From contig OZ252006.1 in assembly GCA_965247175.1 (NCBI GenBank), positions 3,396,786 through 3,420,785 of the forward strand: a stretch of 24,000 nt of DNA, written 5' to 3'. This DNA comes from Rhodospirillales bacterium. GTDB lineage: Bacteria; Pseudomonadota; Alphaproteobacteria; Kiloniellales; DSM-21159. This document shows, piece after piece, positions 22,343 through 24,000 of the stretch (positions are counted from its first letter, which is position 1; each line of letters begins with the position of its first letter). The position numbers and the translations under genes were made by a program. Under the pieces are notes generated by a model, which saw nothing but the letters and a program-made list of their open reading frames with translations, made no database searches and had not been told where the DNA came from.

Positions 22343-22404
22343 CTGCCGCACAAGAAGGCCGGTTTGGGATAGGGCTGTGATCATCCGACAGGCCAATGCG
22401 GCCC

Positions 22405-22995
22405 TCAGTCGCGCAAGGCCGGATAGGCGCGGACATAGACCCAGTCGGTGGCCTGGGCCGGGACATGACAGGACTTGCATTCTTCGGCGTAGTCCTGGGT
22501 CACGAGGGTTCCAGGCGCATCGGCGGCAAAGAAACCCCAGCCCCAGCCGTCGCCCCACAGCGGATTGTCGGGGTACCTGTCGCTGCTGTCCTTCACCATG
22601 ACGAACCAGCCTTCGAGGTCGGTCGCGTAGGACACCCGCCCGGTCGTGAGGTCTTCCGTCCCGGCCGAGCGCAGCTCCTTGACCAGCACCGTGCCGTCGG
22701 GAAACGCGCCTGTCGCCCGATAGGCTTCGGCGACGCCCGGCTGGGTGTAGACGATGTGCATGCCCTCGGCGCCATCTTCCCCGTTGACGGACCAGCTTCC
22801 CAACATCGTCCAATCGGTCCGAAACGGGAGATCGGGCAGCATGATCGCGCCGTTCTCGTCCACGGCGACGTCGAAGCCCGACACCACCGGAGCAGCGTCC
22901 TGCGCCGACGCAAGGGTCGCGGCGGCTAGGACGGCGGCCCCGATAAGAGCCGTTGCGCAGATGCGCAGATCTCCCGCTGTCGGAAGCCGCCTCAT
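22405..22995 (-). CDS. Cytochrome P460 family protein (paralogue 2)
   Basis: Signal peptide ending LASAQD. Single C-terminal haem motif CKSCH (22465-22479) followed by DWVYVRAYPAL. GTVLVKEL carries a Lys (22678-22680) at the position of the haem cross-linking Lys. The start overlaps the upstream paralogue's stop (ATGA on the minus strand, 22992-22995). Confidence 0.8.
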   Translation of the reverse strand: MRRLPTAGDLRICATALIGAAVLAAATLASAQDAAPVVSGFDVAVDENGAIMLPDLPFRTDWTMLGSWSVNGEDGAEGMHIVYTQPGVAEAYRATGAFPDGTVLVKELRSAGTEDLTTGRVSYATDLEGWFVMVKDSSDRYPDNPLWGDGWGWGFFAADAPGTLVTQDYAEECKSCHVPAQATDWVYVRAYPALRD

Positions 22996-23633
22996 GGTTT
23001 CGCCGCCCGGAGCACAGGGTAGTACTGGGTGAAGACGAAATCGTCCGCCGCGTTCACTTCATGACAGGCGTTGCACGCATCGGCGGGGAAAGCCGTCGCC
23101 GTCTCGGCATAGGGCTCGGGTTGGTGGCCGAAAGAGAAGTATGCCCAGTTCCCGGGCTCGTCCGCGAAACGGGCCGCATCCTTCACTTTCAGTTCGAGGC
23201 CCGCGAACTCGCCCGGGAAGTAGCCTTGGCCTGACGTTTGGGCGCAGGAGCCGTTACTCGGGTCCGGGTCGCAGTCTTCGGCCTGGCGGAGCAGCACGAG
23301 CTCCTTCACAAGCTGCGTCCCGTCCGCCCATTCGCCGGTGCGCTGCCAATAGGCGAAGGCAGACGGCTCGATGTAGACATTGTGGTACTCCGGAAACGGC
23401 GCTTCGCCGCCATTGAGCGCGTTGGGGGTCAGCGGCGCGCCGACGAACACCCAGGACCGCCAGTTCTCCGGCCTGATAACGTCGCCATCGGACGTGAACT
23501 CTGCTCGGGCGATATCTTGAGCGGCGGCGGGATCTTGAGCGGTGGCCGGCAGGATGCCGGCCACCAGTCCGATGCCGATGGTAAGCGCCAGCGCGGCTGG
23601 CCATTGGATGGTGTTGAAGCTCAGATTGGACAT
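22992..23633 (-). CDS. Cytochrome P460 family protein (paralogue 1)
   Basis: It resembles Nitrosomonas europaea cytochrome P460 as I recall it: AEF..DG..I.P.NWR.WV.VG...TPN.LN.G.APF, GTQLVKEL (Lys at 23304-23306), KVKDAARFADEPGNWAYF, and CNACHEVNAADDFVFTQYYPVLRAAK (CxxCH at 23061-23075). Signal peptide ends PATAQD. AAGGAGA lies 5 nt upstream of the ATG. Confidence 0.85.
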   Translation of the reverse strand: MSNLSFNTIQWPAALALTIGIGLVAGILPATAQDPAAAQDIARAEFTSDGDVIRPENWRSWVFVGAPLTPNALNGGEAPFPEYHNVYIEPSAFAYWQRTGEWADGTQLVKELVLLRQAEDCDPDPSNGSCAQTSGQGYFPGEFAGLELKVKDAARFADEPGNWAYFSFGHQPEPYAETATAFPADACNACHEVNAADDFVFTQYYPVLRAAKP

Positions 23634-23747
23634 CGTGGTCTCCTTTTCTGCGGCGCCACGATGTCAGATCGAATTGACGCTGGGGGTTATCGATTCCATT
23701 CCATTTCAGCACGCCGACAGACGCTAGAAAGAGCGGGGAGCCTTGCG

Positions 23748-24000
23748 TTGCAGAACATCGACCTCAAACGCGTCCGCATCTTTCTTCGGGTCAGCGAGAC
23801 GCTCAGTTTTTCCGAAGCGGCGCGGTCGCTGAAGATCTCGCAGCCCGGCCTGACGAAGGCGATCGCCGCCCTCGAGAAGGCGGCCGGCGACCGCCTGATC
23901 CGGCGCGAAGGGCGCAACACCCACCTGACGCCGCTCGGCAAAGCGTTGCTTCCATACTTCAAGGAGCTCGACAGAAGCGCTTCTCACGCGGAAGAAGCCG
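23748..24000 (+). CDS. LysR-family transcriptional regulator (5' part, runs off the window)
   Basis: It is absent from the ORF track because it has no stop. TTG 23748 is preceded by GGGGAG (23735-23740) at 7 nt. My translation is LQNIDLKRVRIFLRVSETLSFSEAARSLKISQPGLTKAIAALEKAAGDRLIRREGRNTHLTPLGKALLP, a canonical LysR winged-HTH. It is divergent from the P460 pair. Confidence 0.8.
   Translation, partial: MQNIDLKRVRIFLRVSETLSFSEAARSLKISQPGLTKAIAALEKAAGDRLIRREGRNTHLTPLGKALLPYFKELDRSASHAEEA

Noticed and set aside
23687-23987. Two minus-strand track ORFs (23687-23962 and 23724-23987) lie at the right edge.
   Set aside because: They are antisense to a plus-strand frame that translates into a textbook LysR winged-HTH with a Shine-Dalgarno and TTG start. 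That plus-strand ORF is missing from the track only because it runs off the window.
1-24000. I scanned for mobile elements, CRISPR arrays, prophage or defence-island hallmarks, and rRNA or tRNA genes.
   Set aside because: There are no transposase, integrase or recombinase-like ORFs, no regularly spaced direct repeats, no terminal inverted repeats, and no RNA-gene signatures. Composition looks uniform apart from short AT-rich promoter islands.

Overview
This is a high-GC, alphaproteobacterium-like chromosomal segment. I can support about 28 protein-coding genes, and I see no rRNA, tRNA, CRISPR array, transposase or integrase. All family calls come from motif recognition by eye; no searches were run. 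Most long ORFs in the six-frame track are alternative-frame artefacts of the GC content.

Gene content, left to right:
- A diaminopropionate-ammonia-lyase-like PLP enzyme, a RidA, an MHS-type MFS transporter and a SugE/Gdx SMR exporter (47-3471).
- A glyoxalase-like (VOC) gene on the minus strand.
- A tightly coupled plus-strand string (4268-7064): a second RidA, an uncharacterised 212-aa protein with an ADP-ribosyltransferase-like motif order, an inositol-monophosphatase-family enzyme, a probable 44-aa membrane peptide and a SAM methyltransferase.
- Periplasmic Cu,Zn superoxide dismutase (sodC).
- The standout: a NuoL-like membrane protein plus a DUF2309 protein (dabB-dabA, 11846-7841, minus strand). 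This is a DAB-type energy-coupled inorganic-carbon pump. It has an intact beta-carbonic-anhydrase-like Zn ligand set and a divergent NhaR-like LysR regulator, with a perfect dyad abutting the regulator start codon.
- An MFS/TetR divergent pair.
- A TetR-controlled divergon with two near-identical palindromic operators. One arm is secreted DUF4440-like, EamA exporter, GT1 glycosyltransferase and a four-Cys small protein; the other arm is TetR-GNAT.
- A saccharopine-dehydrogenase-like, FGE/SUMF1-like and DCC thiol oxidoreductase string.
- Two translationally coupled cytochrome P460 paralogues with a divergent LysR regulator that is cut by the window end.

Sequence-level oddities:
- A roughly 50-nt element repeated in two intergenic gaps of the 4268-7064 string.
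- A structured 313-bp convergent spacer (22092-22404).
- Several convergent gene pairs with almost no spacer.
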